Shown here: positions 49,905 through 64,000 of the stretch, one piece after another
How positions within the stretch are numbered: position 1 is the stretch's first letter
Layout: each line of letters starts with the position of its first letter
Source of the DNA: Balanoglossus misakiensis
Taxonomy: Eukaryota > Animalia > Hemichordata
DNA: 64,000 nt
Direction of reading: 5' to 3'
NCBI GenBank assembly: GCA_040954595.2
Contig: CM082587.2
Location: 7,677,705 to 7,741,704, forward strand
Made by a program: the position numbers and the translations under genes
The notes under the pieces: generated by a model
Database searches by the model: none
Seen by the model: only the letters and a program-made list of their open reading frames with translations
What the model was told of the DNA's origin: nothing

Positions 49905-52900
49905 GGGAAGTGGACATTACACTGTGATGAACTGAAGAAAGCACAGTACAAGACAACAGACTTCTGAGCCAGTAACTTTCATGAACACCAAAATATCTCA
50001 TGGCGCTATTTACATACATGTACATGTACATGATACGTAAAACAGGTTCAATGTCTCGCTTTGTTAAGACGCGCATGAGAAAACACTAAAATGTATCGGC
50101 TTTCCTCCGGAACACTGACATTCCATTCAGAACTGAACTCCACGAACTGTTCTAACTTTTATTGCCGCAATGAATTTCCGTAAGAGGCACCCAATGAGTA
50201 CGCATTTATTTTAGAAGTCTACAAGGCCCTGCTTTATTTGTCCACTGGGCATGACCTGTGACCCCCGGGTTCACCCCTCTCACATCACCACCAACCAGGC
50301 TGACATTGTACACCCGCATGTACAATACACACTGCGCTCTCAAGTACACATGTTACAATGCATACAAGTACTTGAGTACAAGGATATTGGGATATACAGC
50401 CAGTGAGTGCTCTCTCCCTGGTAATCTGTGAAGTCAGCGATTCCAGATTTGTTTTGGATACACAGAACTTTCAAATCATTATTATAGAAGTTGATCTACA
50501 TATGAAATTGATAAACGTTAAACAGAAACTGGCAGTGGTAGGTCTCAATGTCACAACTGGACTGAAACTGATTTAGTGCAACTACATGCAACATGAGAAC
50601 ATTTGCCTAGTTAAAACTCTGATATGGTTGAAAGCTAAAAACACGCTATGGGCGCTGTGTTTGGACCATAGTAGGCTCCACTGACAAGTCACGGTTGGAC
50701 GGCAAAGCTATGCTAAGTTTCCTGTCTAGACAAAGACCACTGCTCTACCCTTGAAATGCTTGGCGTGTCTCGGGCCGTCACAGCAAGTCAGCCAACGGAG
50801 TTTCCTTCCCATCTTTTCCCCTCGTCTGTTATTATAATGCTGGAAAAATATTGTTTGAAGGGGCACATTGCCTGGATGTGCTATATGAAAACAGCATGAT
50901 GTACGTTACCCACAGACTGATAAAGACCAAGGCTAGCCATGGTCTACATGTAGTCTGCAATCTGATCACGGTCTTTCAGCTTTACCTGGCTTTGAAATGA
51001 AAATGTCTGGCTACAACACATACAGCCCACGATGGTGATTTGGTAAAATATACCCTGTACACAAGCCGTTTATTGCAAGCAGATGTAGTGATTTGGTTAC
51101 ACTACATTTACTTTCTATGCATGCATTCAAACCATACACAGCCAAGTTAAACTTCCATGCAGAGGTACATGTAACACTTCCAAGTGTACTTTACAGTAGA
51201 AAATGAATAAAGAGGGTTACAGTGTACATGTAAGGAATAACTACTAAATGTTGTAAACTGGACAAAAACTTGACTTGACTTTTAGAGAGTGCTAGCCAAG
51301 AGGCTGGTGGTCCTTAAATATGATCTGCTCAGTCCTGGACTTCTCTACATAGTTGTAATTCATTGCCTTCATTGACACTTTCAGCCACTTAAACACGGAG
51401 TGGCAAGTGTATTTCATTTGACCTTCTGACCTGAGCCTCCACAATGTACTTCATACCACAGTGATGTTTGACCTACATAAAATTTGAAAATGTGAACATT
51501 GATTGACACAACCACCATGCACATCAGTCTGTCTACAGATAATGAAACTCTCCATACATTTGTACCAAAATGTTCAACACGAACTTCCATCACATGTTTT
51601 TGGGGGAAACAGAGAAATACATGTACATGTACTTACATTTAACAATTACATGTACATGTACTCAGAGTAGACTCAACAATATTATCTAAACCCTCAAAAG
51701 TTGGATCCTACTTCACAGGCACTGCAAACTGTACATGTATGCTGTCATCACAGACACCCTCCAATCAACATTCCCAGATCTATACAATAGAGTTCATCAA
51801 ATCCTCGATGAGCAAAACCAAAACTCAACGACTGACAAGAAAGACCCTGGGACAGTGGTTTCACTGTCCTAATCAGATTAAACCCCAGCTTGGTGCAGGA
51901 CCAACCACACCGCACATTCACGCCAAACATTGCAAGCATTTCTGCACTGATCAAGCAGCGTTGCTGTCAACCATGTGATTTCCACAGGCATTCCTATTAA
52001 ACCTTTACCCCAAAGCAATAAGTTTTTGAAATGCCAACGTAGGTGGAGATCCAGTACAGTTCCCCTGCTGGGCTGATATGCATCTTCAACGATAAACAAT
52101 ACTTTTGTAACCACAAGTTGAAGGCCATGCACTTCCAAGTTATCCCACCATGCAGTTGAGGATGCACCAGTATTGTGGTACCCTGGGAGTGTGACATTCC
52201 AAGGTCAACGTCTCCTGAACCACACAAATATGACAAGATAGCAGTAAACCTAAGTAATATAACTTTGTATCTTTCATTTCAATCAAAGCTAGGTCACAGT
52301 TTCATTTAAAAGTTGGAACTTTCACAAGTAGAACTCGTCTGATAGAATGTACATTGTACATGCACATACTTGCGTATGTACGTACATGCAAATGTACATG
52401 TACCAATGAGTGCATTCAACATGTATCTCTGTACATGTTTTTTTGTATGTCCTGCAACATATAAGTTTGGAGATCAGAATTACATGTAACTTAACAATAA
52501 CAACTTGGTCAGCTCTGCGTCAGCAACTGGGCCACTTCAGGGTAAGCAAATTTAGCACCCAGCTGTCACATCTAATTAACATATAATACATAGAATCAGC
52601 AGCCCCTGTACATGAACAATGGCACAATCTTCAACAATGGCAGACAATGGGCCCACCCATTGTTAGAAAGTTGGAAAATAACTCTTGGTCTAAGCAGTGA
52701 GGTTTATAATTGTAATACAGCTGTCCTCTCAACAATTTTTTTCACATGGAATTTTATATTCTACTTCTATCCTTCAAGTGTGTCATGATCATTGTCCATT
52801 GTTCCCCCAAGAAATTTGACAATGTATTTAATTTCTATAACAGTGCACTCAATTGTTAATGTTATGTTAATGAATGGATATCATTTTACCAAAATTAAAT

Positions 52901-55900
52901 AGAAGTGGCCAATACCTTTAATTACTCTTGGAAGAACACTGCACTCATTATAGTTTTCATATTTCTGATTTGAAAGAACTGTGACCGACTTTAACTTTTA
53001 GCATTAGCAATCAAGTTTTAATCTCACTGTAACTTTTTTTTTTGAGGAATATTTTCAAGTCCACCTTCTATCAGCGTTACAGCCTGACAGGACAGGCTCT
53101 CCGTGACTTTTGCAATAAAGCTGAGGTGGAGATTCCACTCAGCGTCAGTGAATTGAAACATGCAACCATTGATGAAATCCACAGCCACCCAACGACACGC
53201 ATAATGGAAGCCAACACACATGTGCAGCACGCAAGAGCACTCCAAAATTCTTCCCACACGTTTGCCATTACTCTGGATACTCCGTTTTCACTGCAGTTTA
53301 TTTTCAGTGAAAACAGGAAGCTGGCACCTCTGTTTTTCCAATTTCATAATAGTTTGCCGAGACACATCTGTGTTATTACTCGCTGCAGAGGAAAGCGGAG
53401 AACCAAGTCTCTCAGCGGCATTAGTATTTATTGATTATTTTCACATTTTTTTCTGGCCATTGTCAAGGACTGCTCATGCATTCTGCCACCAGCAAGTTGA
53501 TCTCATTTCAGACTGTAAATACGGCAATGGTCAAGTCATGCACAAAAATGTATGTATGGTACGATGGAATCAATATACATTTGTACATCATGTGATGAAT
53601 TTTTTAGACAAGATTGCATACTGTTCAAAATGTCTGATTACTTTTTGTATATTCAAAAACTGAAAATTACTGATATGCCAGTTGAAAAAAAAACTTTAGA
53701 AGGTTCATGATAGTTTCCAAGGCAATACATGAAGATAAAATTGTTATTACACTGGAAGAGGAGTTTGACATTTGATTCACCCAGCTAACAAATGCCACGC
53801 TCACACGAAACAGCACCATTACCATGCATTTGAGAATTTCCAAAATCTGCCCAATGTCCTCCAGTTAACTGCTTTTGACTGGAGTCCTACGAAATCTTCT
53901 TTTGCTTACCCTACCATATAAATTAAGTACATGTTATTGTAAATTCTGCATAAAAAATAACACAACAGATATTTGTTACATCATTCATGAAATTAATACA
54001 TTATGATAAATTATGCACGAGAGTTCCATGACAAATAAAAGACAGAATGCACATGCACCTCGCTGTTAAATGAATAACTAGATTTTTTGAAAGACTGACC
54101 ATGTGCTATTTTTATTATTTGAAAAATAATCAAAACTTAGTACATTTACTGTACAGGCAAAGATGTGTAGCAAACAGAGCTGAGCATGAAATGAAGCAAC
54201 TCCTTGGATTAAAGTCAATGGCTTCAATAAAAGACCTGGCTTCTTCATTTCAACACTGTACGTGTCTAACTCTAATATCAGTGATACAGCTAGACTCACT
54301 ACACTTCATTGTATTATACATTCAATCATCATCAATGGGCTCCCTTTGATCACGTCTCTCCTATCTATATCTACTCAAGGGCTTCATGATTTGATATCTA
54401 TGGACACGTTTATCCACGATTATTTTACCTGGTGTCGGAGTAGCACACGGACGCTTAATTTAAAATTAATTTCTAACTTTTTATTTTATCTGCCAGGAGT
54501 GGCAAATAGATAATTAAACTAATTTTTGAGTCTGTTGAGAGCTGCTCATTTGCAATAATGGTGAATTACAAATACGGTTGTTTGGGACTTTTTGTCTAGA
54601 ATCAAACAGTAAAACACACATCACCAAATACTTAGAGCAATTATACAACAGTACTTCCAGTATTCTCAAAGCAATTACAGCCATTTGCCCTTCAATTTAA
54701 AAAAAAAAAACAATAAAAAGTTATTACAATGACATTGTTATGGAAATTACAATGTAGTCTACTCATGTCTCTGAAATTCCAGGAAAGAACAAAGGATTTC
54801 GATCAAACTACATGTACATGTATGTGGTTAAAGGGTTGTGATAAATTTTCACCGGAACAGCAGTCTTGAAGTACATCTGGAACTAGTAGCTCACAGCTCA
54901 CCTTGTGTGTTCTGTAATCAAACTAACATGAACGTCCTTCCACCGCAATCTTCGAATGCCAAGCTACCATATAACGCAGCTAAGAACAGCCGTTTATGGA
55001 ACCTGGATTAGAAATTGCAACATTTATTATCCAGTAATGGCCGGCGGTGTGGGGGAAAAATGCCATCCAACGCGTGATTGATGGTCATTTCGTTGAAGTA
55101 AATATATATCATGTATTCTTTGCAGCTCCTCAGCCAGACCACCATTAGAAGCACTACGCTATTCTAGTGCTTACGTGAACTCTAAAATACCTCTCCGTAC
55201 GATAAATACTTGTCGTGATCATCCATCATTGACGAGATCACATGAATAATGCAGCCAATCTCCACATTACACTCACATTTATTTTTTCAATTTATTAGGA
55301 GCTAGCCAGAGAAGCCTCTGAAGTGGATCTAAGAACGTGACACACAAATAAATATTTAATATTTTAAGAATTGTTTATTTCCCATCACCAACACAATACA
55401 ATAGGTGACAAATGATTGTTTTCTTCCATGTTTATTGATGTTAATTGAATGAATATGTACTTAGGAATTATTTTAATGAGCTGCTGTTTCAACATATTTG
55501 CTTCAATAGTGGACAAAATCAATAGGATACTGTATGCATATGGTCAGTATCAGTTTACTCTACATGTACAGAACTTCGATCATTTCTGTCAAAAATGTAC
55601 ATGAACCGTTTTGTCTTGATGTACATGACATGTACATTCTAAATTTTGGGTTCGACTTGAATTTGACTTAATTAATTTGAATTAATTAAACCGAGATAAA
55701 ACAATACTGATTTCAAAGTACAAATTGTAAAACAAGGCTGTCTGATATCATCAGATAAAGAAAACAATGGAACAGTTTGACGATACATGTCTTCTACTTA
55801 GTCAATGTCAAGTCTAGTGAACAAAAGGGCTTTGTCTGATACAAAAGAATAGCTGGATCACAGCTTATCTGAGTGGATATTTTGTGATTGTGTGCTGTGC

Positions 55901-58900
55901 TGTGCTGTAGTACTGTATTCATATCACAGAGCAGACAGTGTGTAAATGTGACTCTAATTTTCGTTATATGAGAACAATTATGTGATATCTCAGATTCATC
56001 ATGCACATCCTGGATTTGTGTACCAGTACCGGTAGTACATGTAATATGTATGTACTCGACAGAAAAAGGGACAGGGTATTAGCAAATAGTAAAATGCACA
56101 CACAGTGAACTCATTTACTGTTCAGATAGTGATGACTTTGTTATCAGTGTACCACTACCAGTAAAATGCCAAAGTGATGGCAATTCATAGATTCTGCCAC
56201 CTTAAAATAGCTAACCATGCATTATCCATGCACTGAGAGAATTAAATGTTCACCTGTGTATGCGGTGCATAATGATCATGGCCTTGAATTTAAAAAAAAC
56301 ATGCATATAGTGGATGATTTTACTATAACAATGGGTCAGATGACATCAACACCAGTTCAGTAGCTGCTCCATTGTAAAATACTGAGTGTGTTTACATGTA
56401 CATGTACATATGCACAATGTCCGTGTGTTCAAAGGATAAATAAGGAGCTAACCTTGACCACACTCACATGGCAGACAGACAGTCTGTTACAGAGCAATAA
56501 ATCATTATCATCATCATCATCCAAACAGGAAGCCAATTGAATAGGGAGGCAACCTTGACTGCCACAAACAAGACGGATATCTGCCGTCGCACGATCGCAC
56601 GCTAAAAGCAGGACTGTTCGACACACCTGGAAGGGTTTGGCGATGCATCACATGTCTGCGCGGGCCGACATGGCTGTATCTCGACGAAAGTGCCCCCAAA
56701 GCAGGCTAAAATTAATCCCGAGCACGTCAAGTCTGAACAAAATGTCACCTGGGTGTACATGTACGGCAGAACATTCCTGAAACGAACAGGTAGCCAGTCG
56801 ACACTGATTTGCAACGACTAAAGTGGATGTCACTATTAGCATTCCACGCACACAGCAAAGTGTTCAAACCGACATATGCGAACCGGTGAAACGTCCCTAA
56901 CAAGGTGTTTGTAAATGAATTTCCAGGTTGCTAAATTGTGAATAAACATCACAGACCAGCTGTGCTAATTTGAAGTGGAACTTGCACGTGTGTTGTTAAC
57001 TGTCTATGTCATTTGCAGTCTCGGAGAAACATACAATTTACATTTAAATGAAGATTCTGGGTTCTGCACTGACAGAATATGCAGAAGGAAGCTGGAGGTG
57101 CCAGTGGGATGAAAGACTTCATTATTATTATTATGCAACTTAAAATTTGGCACCTCTAAATAGCAGAACTTATCTCTCTGTCCAACGAATATACATGTAT
57201 CCTGTATCCTGAAATGACTGTCATCTCCGACTTCCCTTATGATACAGTGGGATACATGTACATTTTTGTACATCCTGTATTGAACTTGGACATTTAGAGT
57301 TCGTTTAAAGATACCCTACAAGTTCACTGTCAATGCAAAGCCTTGTGCCACAGGATACATATCAGTTTAAAATGTTAAATAAAAACAAATTTTGTTTAAC
57401 ACAAAGTGGTTTATGCTCATTCTATCAGGGCTCTTTACATTTTTTGGGAAGAACACAATCTTCGCAACAAGAACGCTGTAGAATTTGTAAGAAGTGGTAA
57501 AAAAAATGGTTAAAAGGTTCACTTTGTACACCTTTATAATTAGCTTTGTCCAAAAGCACATTGACTAACTTGATAAATATTTCAATGGAGAACACAGGCT
57601 TTCTAGCATTGATCCACAAGAACTAAGACCCGAGAAAATTGCCCCTTTTATTTTTAATCAGGGTGGAACATCATTTCTCATCGAAATTCACAGCACTGCA
57701 CACTTCTGGATCCGTTCACATGACTGCAGTACTGGGCCATACAAATTCTGGTAAATTTGATTACGAATAAAACAAGACCATTAGCTTGTTGGTGTAGAGA
57801 AAGAGTCAAGTACCCACACACACCATTCAGAGAAATGCAACTCATTTCCGCGTCTATTTTCACTATACGCTGCTAAGACGTGCTCAGAAAAGGAAACTCA
57901 TATTTCCATGGGGACTGCAGTCAAGTGAATGAAGGAATCAAAAAGTAATATATGGAGTAATATATATCTTCATAGACATACTGAAGGATTTTGCGGATGG
58001 ACAGGTGACTAATAGTAATATCATGACGCATCAACACAGCATGTACAGTGTATCTAGGAATTTATTTATTCTTGGTCGGAAAGTTGGTCCAAACCAGACA
58101 AAACTGTGTCTTGAGTGTATTTTACACAACCATGAAAATACAAATACAGCATGAATGAGTCGTGACTCACTAGTGTGTGTAAAACTCTAATAATAACCTG
58201 CAAATGTACAGCGGAGTTACTCCTCTCATGGTGATGGTGTCAAAGGTTATCAGCGGCTATTGTTGTTGTTTCCTGCTTGCTGAAAGATGACGTCATCTAT
58301 TGTTATCTGGTTTGGTTTTGCTTTCCATACATGTACATATAAGACACAACCACAACCACTAGACTTTACATCCCCTGAAATGATCTTTATTGAAAACAAC
58401 AACTTCTTCCTCATGATGATCTAACTTCCCACATTCCAAGGCATGTTGATTGTTATCCAACTGTACAAGATAAACCATGAACAAACATGCCCCTCCCATG
58501 GGTGTTCCCACATCTCCCATCATGTCTTTACATACAGCGTGTCACTTGATTTCCTCTATTCAAGCCAGTATCAAAGTACAAATCAAATATTAGGTAGATA
58601 GCTGTATGCTGTTACCCTCATGGCCAGTCAATTCATGGTATTGGATGTGTATTGTGTCTACCCATACACCTACATGTACCTCTCACTAAGGCCAAGATCA
58701 CACGATAGACAACTACATGTATGATATACTTTAAATATACCTTTAATTATTTTGCATTTCTGTAATCATATTCACAGTTATCACTCCCACATCATAGACA
58801 TCAAAGCAAGAAAACTCACTACATGTAGTTGATGCATGAGTACATTATCCCATACTTGGGATACTGTCAGAATACTGCAGAGACCTGTCTGGTATGTACA

Positions 58901-61900
58901 TAATGCCACCTGACCAAATGAATCTATGATGCTAGAGTTGAATTAAGTGTAAAGGTATGTCCGTCTAAGTATACGCTAACCCCCATAGGAAGACTGCACC
59001 AACGCCGTATGGAGCTAAGATTTCATAACAACGCTGCTATGTTTTGCTTGTTTCCTAGTTCCTGTTTGACAAATCTGATAGCACAGGTGACCTAAGCATG
59101 TGGTGAGCGCAATGTGCTTATTTCAGGAGAAACTTGATCGTGTAAACACAGCAACATTATTAGATTTCAGCTCAGGGACATGTTATGCTAAAAACTTTTA
59201 TCACAGAGCAATTGTTGAAACTTGGTGGTTTTGTCTAAAGTTGGGTACAAACAACCATGATACAACCACACATGTATGTTGTGAGAGAACCCAATGTAAA
59301 ACGTCCCAACCAATAATTAAAAACTCTCCGACCCTGTGACTGTTGCTAAAATAAGTCCCTTGCAACTAATAATAGCTACATGTATCTCTGTCATTTTGAG
59401 GAGCACGAAAATAATACAATGTAAGTGGGGCGGTCACCATTAGAATCACACCCCTACTAAATTGAGGAATTATCCAGAGCTTTTTCACAATTGCATTGAC
59501 AAGTATAGTTTTTACCACTAACGCATTGTTACGACAGAACTGAATTACTTTCAATACAAGTGGATAGGCTTTCGGAATAAGGTGTCGAGTACACTTGAAA
59601 CAACAACTAGAAAACCAATCGAGATTTCCAACAATCGAATCATACTTCCCATCGAGATCAAACTTCACTCCTTCCTGTCATAATATTTCTCAATAAGAGT
59701 TCGATGTAAGTATAACACATTAACAAAGGATGTGTCTGAGCCTTTCAGAATAGCATTACGGAATAAATCACTCGGAGCAAATATCCTGACTTGAGTCACG
59801 CTCCACAGTACAGTACCCATCTACAAATTACATCACCGCGTATTTCACATGGCATCCTAACGTACACGTCGTAATTACTGAAAAAGTTTTCTCAACACCT
59901 GAAGGGACCTCGACGTAGGGAACAGATAATATGGGTCTGGGAGAGTTACATGTACACATGTACAACCATACCCTTGTCAGAACGTCCGCATTCCGTATCC
60001 TTTGTCGAGCAACGCCCCAAGGGCATGATCATGTATTTCACAGAAATCAACAGGTGTACTGACTCATCGTGTGCCAGGCCAGCATGTCTGTGCAGTGACT
60101 AACAATTTACAGCATAATGTAAGTTACAAATCAAAGACAAGACAAGAAAGCACAGCCACTGAATCAACTCTGCTGGGTCACACTTCAATTCGCATCGGCA
60201 TGGTAACATCTCCTTTTCATAATTACACCTGTGCATGTTGTTTATCATAATACATGTGTAACTTACGCACTGAAAATTCATTTTAAAAAATCAGCTAAAA
60301 AATCTGTTTTTCACAAATAATGACTCCAGCAATCTCTTCTCAGTAACTGCTCGCAGTTATTTTCCACAAAGTACGTAATTATAGCACACATGCAATTAAC
60401 ATTTTATGTAATGATCCAGAAACGTTCCCTGGAAATGAACAAAGTCTTCCTCGGGAAAAAAACACTGCAAGGGTAAAGCCAAGAACAAAATACATGTAGT
60501 CTACTCTTAACCACATCTTAAAACAGACCTACATGTAAAACATTAAAGTCTGAGAGAAAAAATACAGGTCAATTTCCTCCTTGAAACGTTACAGACATGT
60601 ACATGTAGATACATATTGAGAAGAAATTGTGACTACCAGGCTCTACAGTACAATGTACATGTACATGTATGTTGCATATTGATAACACCCAATATACTTA
60701 GAGTTAGTACAATGTCAGATTTGCATGGGAGCAATAATCGTATGTGGGTGCTTTTAAAAAAAATGTAAAAAAATTTATTATCAGGTTTTCCAATCGGCAC
60801 AAAAAAGGAAATACATGTATATACAGAAAGAAGTAGACCTTCTATTGTTTGATTCTGTGGGGATTTCAAGATTACTATTTAAAAAGTCCTGAGAGACGAA
60901 TAATTGGGTCATCTTTGTATAAATATGATACGTTTTGGGAGCCGGGTCATATCTCATATATTTTCAGTGTGTGCTCTTTGACATTCATGTAAATTCCTTT
61001 CCTTGACCAGGGTACATGCTCTAATTCCCTGAGCAGAAATAATTTGCTAATAATAGGAGGCATAGTTAACTGCAGAAATAGGATCCAGGGGTTCACATTG
61101 GCAACTGACAGTGACACACAGCGTTCTGGATACAGTTTTACACAATACACTTGTACATCATTCTGTACAATGTCAAGTACTGTACAACATTATTTAGCAG
61201 CGACTGTTAGCTTCAGTCTTCACCACAACATTATAAATTGGCTTTTAGTCTAGTCTACATGTACAACCATGTTTCAAATTGAACAATTGAATTGTTCTGC
61301 AGTACTAGAAAATATGTGGTATTCTGTGTGTTTAGAATTCAGTTGAAAAAATTAACAACCACATGAAAAATTCCACGATGATGGTGCTAATACATTTAAA
61401 TTCTTTCATGTTTACAGAGTGATGATTGTTCAACACAGTACATGTATGTCTGTACAAATGTACCTGTACAATATAGTTGAGTAAAAGAAGTCTTACTGAC
61501 TTACTGCTATCTGCTTTTTTGTTTCCCTGTAATTTCAATAAAAATTTGGTTTAACTTTTGAAAATAGTCTTTTTCCCTTCCCATATCTACATTTGTATTT
61601 TAAGTTAAAACTATAATTTATTACTTTATCATGTAAATTTATGCAATTTGTGTTCGGACTGATATTGAGAATCATCAAATCTTCATACTCTGAGACCTGC
61701 TGCAGGATTACAATAAAAGATAGATTATTAAGTTTTCTGGGGATTTTTTTAAATCAGTCCTCAATATCTCGATTCCCCAGGCCAGAAACCATGGCCATGA
61801 CTCACACTCTGCAAACATCGCCCACTTTCATTCCAGTCTACATGTTTGCAATGTTAAACGGCGACTATGAATGCACCGTTTCAGCACACGTCTTCAAATA

Positions 61901-63908
61901 GCCAATAAAAAGGCTCGCATGTCACCGACAAATCAAAGCCACTTTGTCACCAAATGCGACGTGTTTTCTCCAACTCATCTTGGATAACACATTACATGTA
62001 CTGCCGTGCAGTTTTTTTTCCTCCAGTGTTGCCATGGCCACCCTACAGCATTTGACGAATTTCACCCACATCCACGACCTTAGATTTAGTGTTGAATGGA
62101 GAACGCTCTAATCTAATAGCATAATAGCAATTCTGTGTGATTTATCACAGCAGCGAGTATTGAATATTTTTTTAATAAACCTGACCCATAAATCTGTACA
62201 CTGTACACCTCTCCAAGAGCAAGGACGTCAAATACAGGAAATTACACTTCTCCTACCAGAGAAACAACGAGTTACTAACCAGTGGCAAAATTTCCCAAAT
62301 ATTCAAATTAAATAGCTAACTCTAACGGTGTTAATGGATCTATTAGCCTTGGAGATAATTCAAATTGTTAATATATTTACTTTCACTGCCCATTGAAGCA
62401 GATGGTTGTTGGGAACAATGGCAAGCGCCTGACCCTGCCCCTCCCACTCGATGCGGAGGTCACAAATGATTTATAAATGACCCCTTCCTCCCCAACTGGA
62501 TTTCATATTTCTACCCCCCCCCCCCAAAAAAAAATGAGATCGCAGAGGCTTCGTTTCCTCAATCCACTCAAGTGTTGCACTTTGACAAAGCGTTGAGAAT
62601 GATACATAATAAAATTTGGAGTGTTTGACGAGTGCCATCTGCAGTGTTTATCCAGGAAAATCAATCATTATTCACCGATAATAGTCGCTAATAACAGTTA
62701 CACTGATGTTTAAGGCATTGTGAGATTTCAATGGGATGAATTGGACTGACCTATTCTGGCATTAGTCTGTTTATTTGCTGTAGCAATTTAGAATATTGAT
62801 CAAAACAACAATTAGATTTGTTGTTTACTGCGAGTAGGAAATGGTCCATGCAGTAGTCGTTCACATGTGACAGTTTTAGCAGTCCCTTGAACAATGGCAA
62901 TATGGATAAAGCCAGTTATTTGAACAATAATAGCTGAACCCAACTGAACACAGTGTCAACAATACTCCGATATCTAACACCGCACAAGCCTCGCACACGT
63001 TATATGGACTGTTACATTTGATGTTTGGGTTCCGTGTAGCAGACAGCTCCCTGACACAGCCTTGAATAGGTTATGAAAATACCGGTCCTTGCCACCCCAT
63101 GTCCATTTCACAAACACTGCCGTGTTAGTTGTTACTTGACCTGGGCACGATCTCTACTGTACAAACCAATTAAACTACCTGAGTTGATCATTATGTACAG
63201 TGTCAACACATGAATATTTTTCATGGCGTTTTGGTTCACAGAGCGACAACGAAAGAACGTGAAACGTAATATTTCATTCCCCGATTTTAATCCGTTTCCC
63301 ATCGCTGCAATAATATTGATAATGGTGTACACACTTTTCAGCTCAAGTCAAAGCAGACTTTCCCCAGTTCGTGTTGCATCAATTAGCCAGCTCGGGAGAC
63401 GATTTTCAGCTACGAGGCAAGGTTAGTGAAAATCGGTGGAAGGTAATTTCACGGAGACAGGCAGGCGGGACACTGGAAACGAGTTGACGCCTCGGAGCAG
63501 TTTCATCAACAGGAGACACACGGAGCAAGTCGCTCCATCGAACTCGCCATACGTAAACAGTGTGACAGCATTTTCACACAAGCAGACGATAACACCGAAA
63601 TTTTATGTGCGATCACGCAGTCGACTCCAAGCCTGGGAACTGAAACTGATCTCAACAGGACAGAGCGCATATAAAGTGTCTGTTGGAGATACAATATCAC
63701 CTAATATTCCGCACAGGAAAAAAAATACAGACCATGATTGAAAAGTCTAGTGGACGTCGGTGTGTACAGTCCTCAGTTGTATAGTACACTGTATTTCCTG
63801 TTTCTCCGAAGTTTATTGCCAACCTGCGACGTCGCCAAAAAAAGGTGGGTCGCGGCCCGTCAACCTCGAACGGCGTTTCCTGTCAAACCTTCCCGATCAT
63901 GAACTTAC

Positions 63909-64000
63909 CTTGGTGTTCTGCGAAAACATTGCACGGAGGATCCTGCCGAGGGTCTTTGTTCTTGCTGCTTGACTTCGATGATTTGGTTCCGAAACCAGAC
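63909..64000 (-). CDS. Abl: Abl coding exon 1 (1b-type), 5'-truncated by window end
   Basis: Translates SGFGTKSSKSSSKNKDPRQDPPCNVFAEHQ, ending in AG|GTAAGT (phase 1). CNVFAEH resembles the end of vertebrate ABL1 exon 1b (CNVFVEH), and the phase matches exon 2. Not in the ORF track. Confidence 0.88.

Noticed and set aside
58940-59700. Possible degraded transposon with distinct composition
   Set aside because: I could not find TIRs, a TSD, a second copy or coding similarity.
35982-63908. Nested protein-coding or RNA gene in the 27.9-kb first intron
   Set aside because: Short ORFs have random-like Cys/His/Phe-rich composition with no coherent exon chain; no tRNA, snoRNA or miRNA recognised by eye. 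An Infernal/Rfam scan would be needed to exclude one.

Overview
Animal (non-vertebrate-looking, TACATGTA-rich) genomic DNA, not prokaryotic. Most of the window (about 10.3-64 kb, minus strand) is one intron-rich Abl non-receptor tyrosine kinase gene. I traced 11 coding exons by hand with GT-AG boundaries that join in a single frame (1124 visible codons plus stop: exon-1b-type tail, cap, SH3, SH2, kinase, Pro/basic linker, F-actin-binding domain). The start codon lies beyond base 64000, intron 1 is about 27.9 kb, and the 3' UTR is inferred to be about 4.9 kb. On the plus strand, convergent with Abl, a single coding exon (3796-4362) encodes a secreted 188-aa prohormone-like protein with a predicted 33-aa amidated helical peptide of a family I cannot assign. 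Introns and the 3' UTR carry at least six families of short non-autonomous DNA transposons with visible TIRs and TSDs. The best leads are: a candidate 18-nt in-frame microexon just after the Abl kinase domain, the orphan neuropeptide precursor, a 154-bp near-perfect hairpin in the inferred Abl 3' UTR, a 59-bp AcademH-like micro-element, inverted MITE pairs around exons 2-4, and a CpG/TACATGTA compositional boundary near 10.2 kb. No rRNA, tRNA or CRISPR array was recognised.
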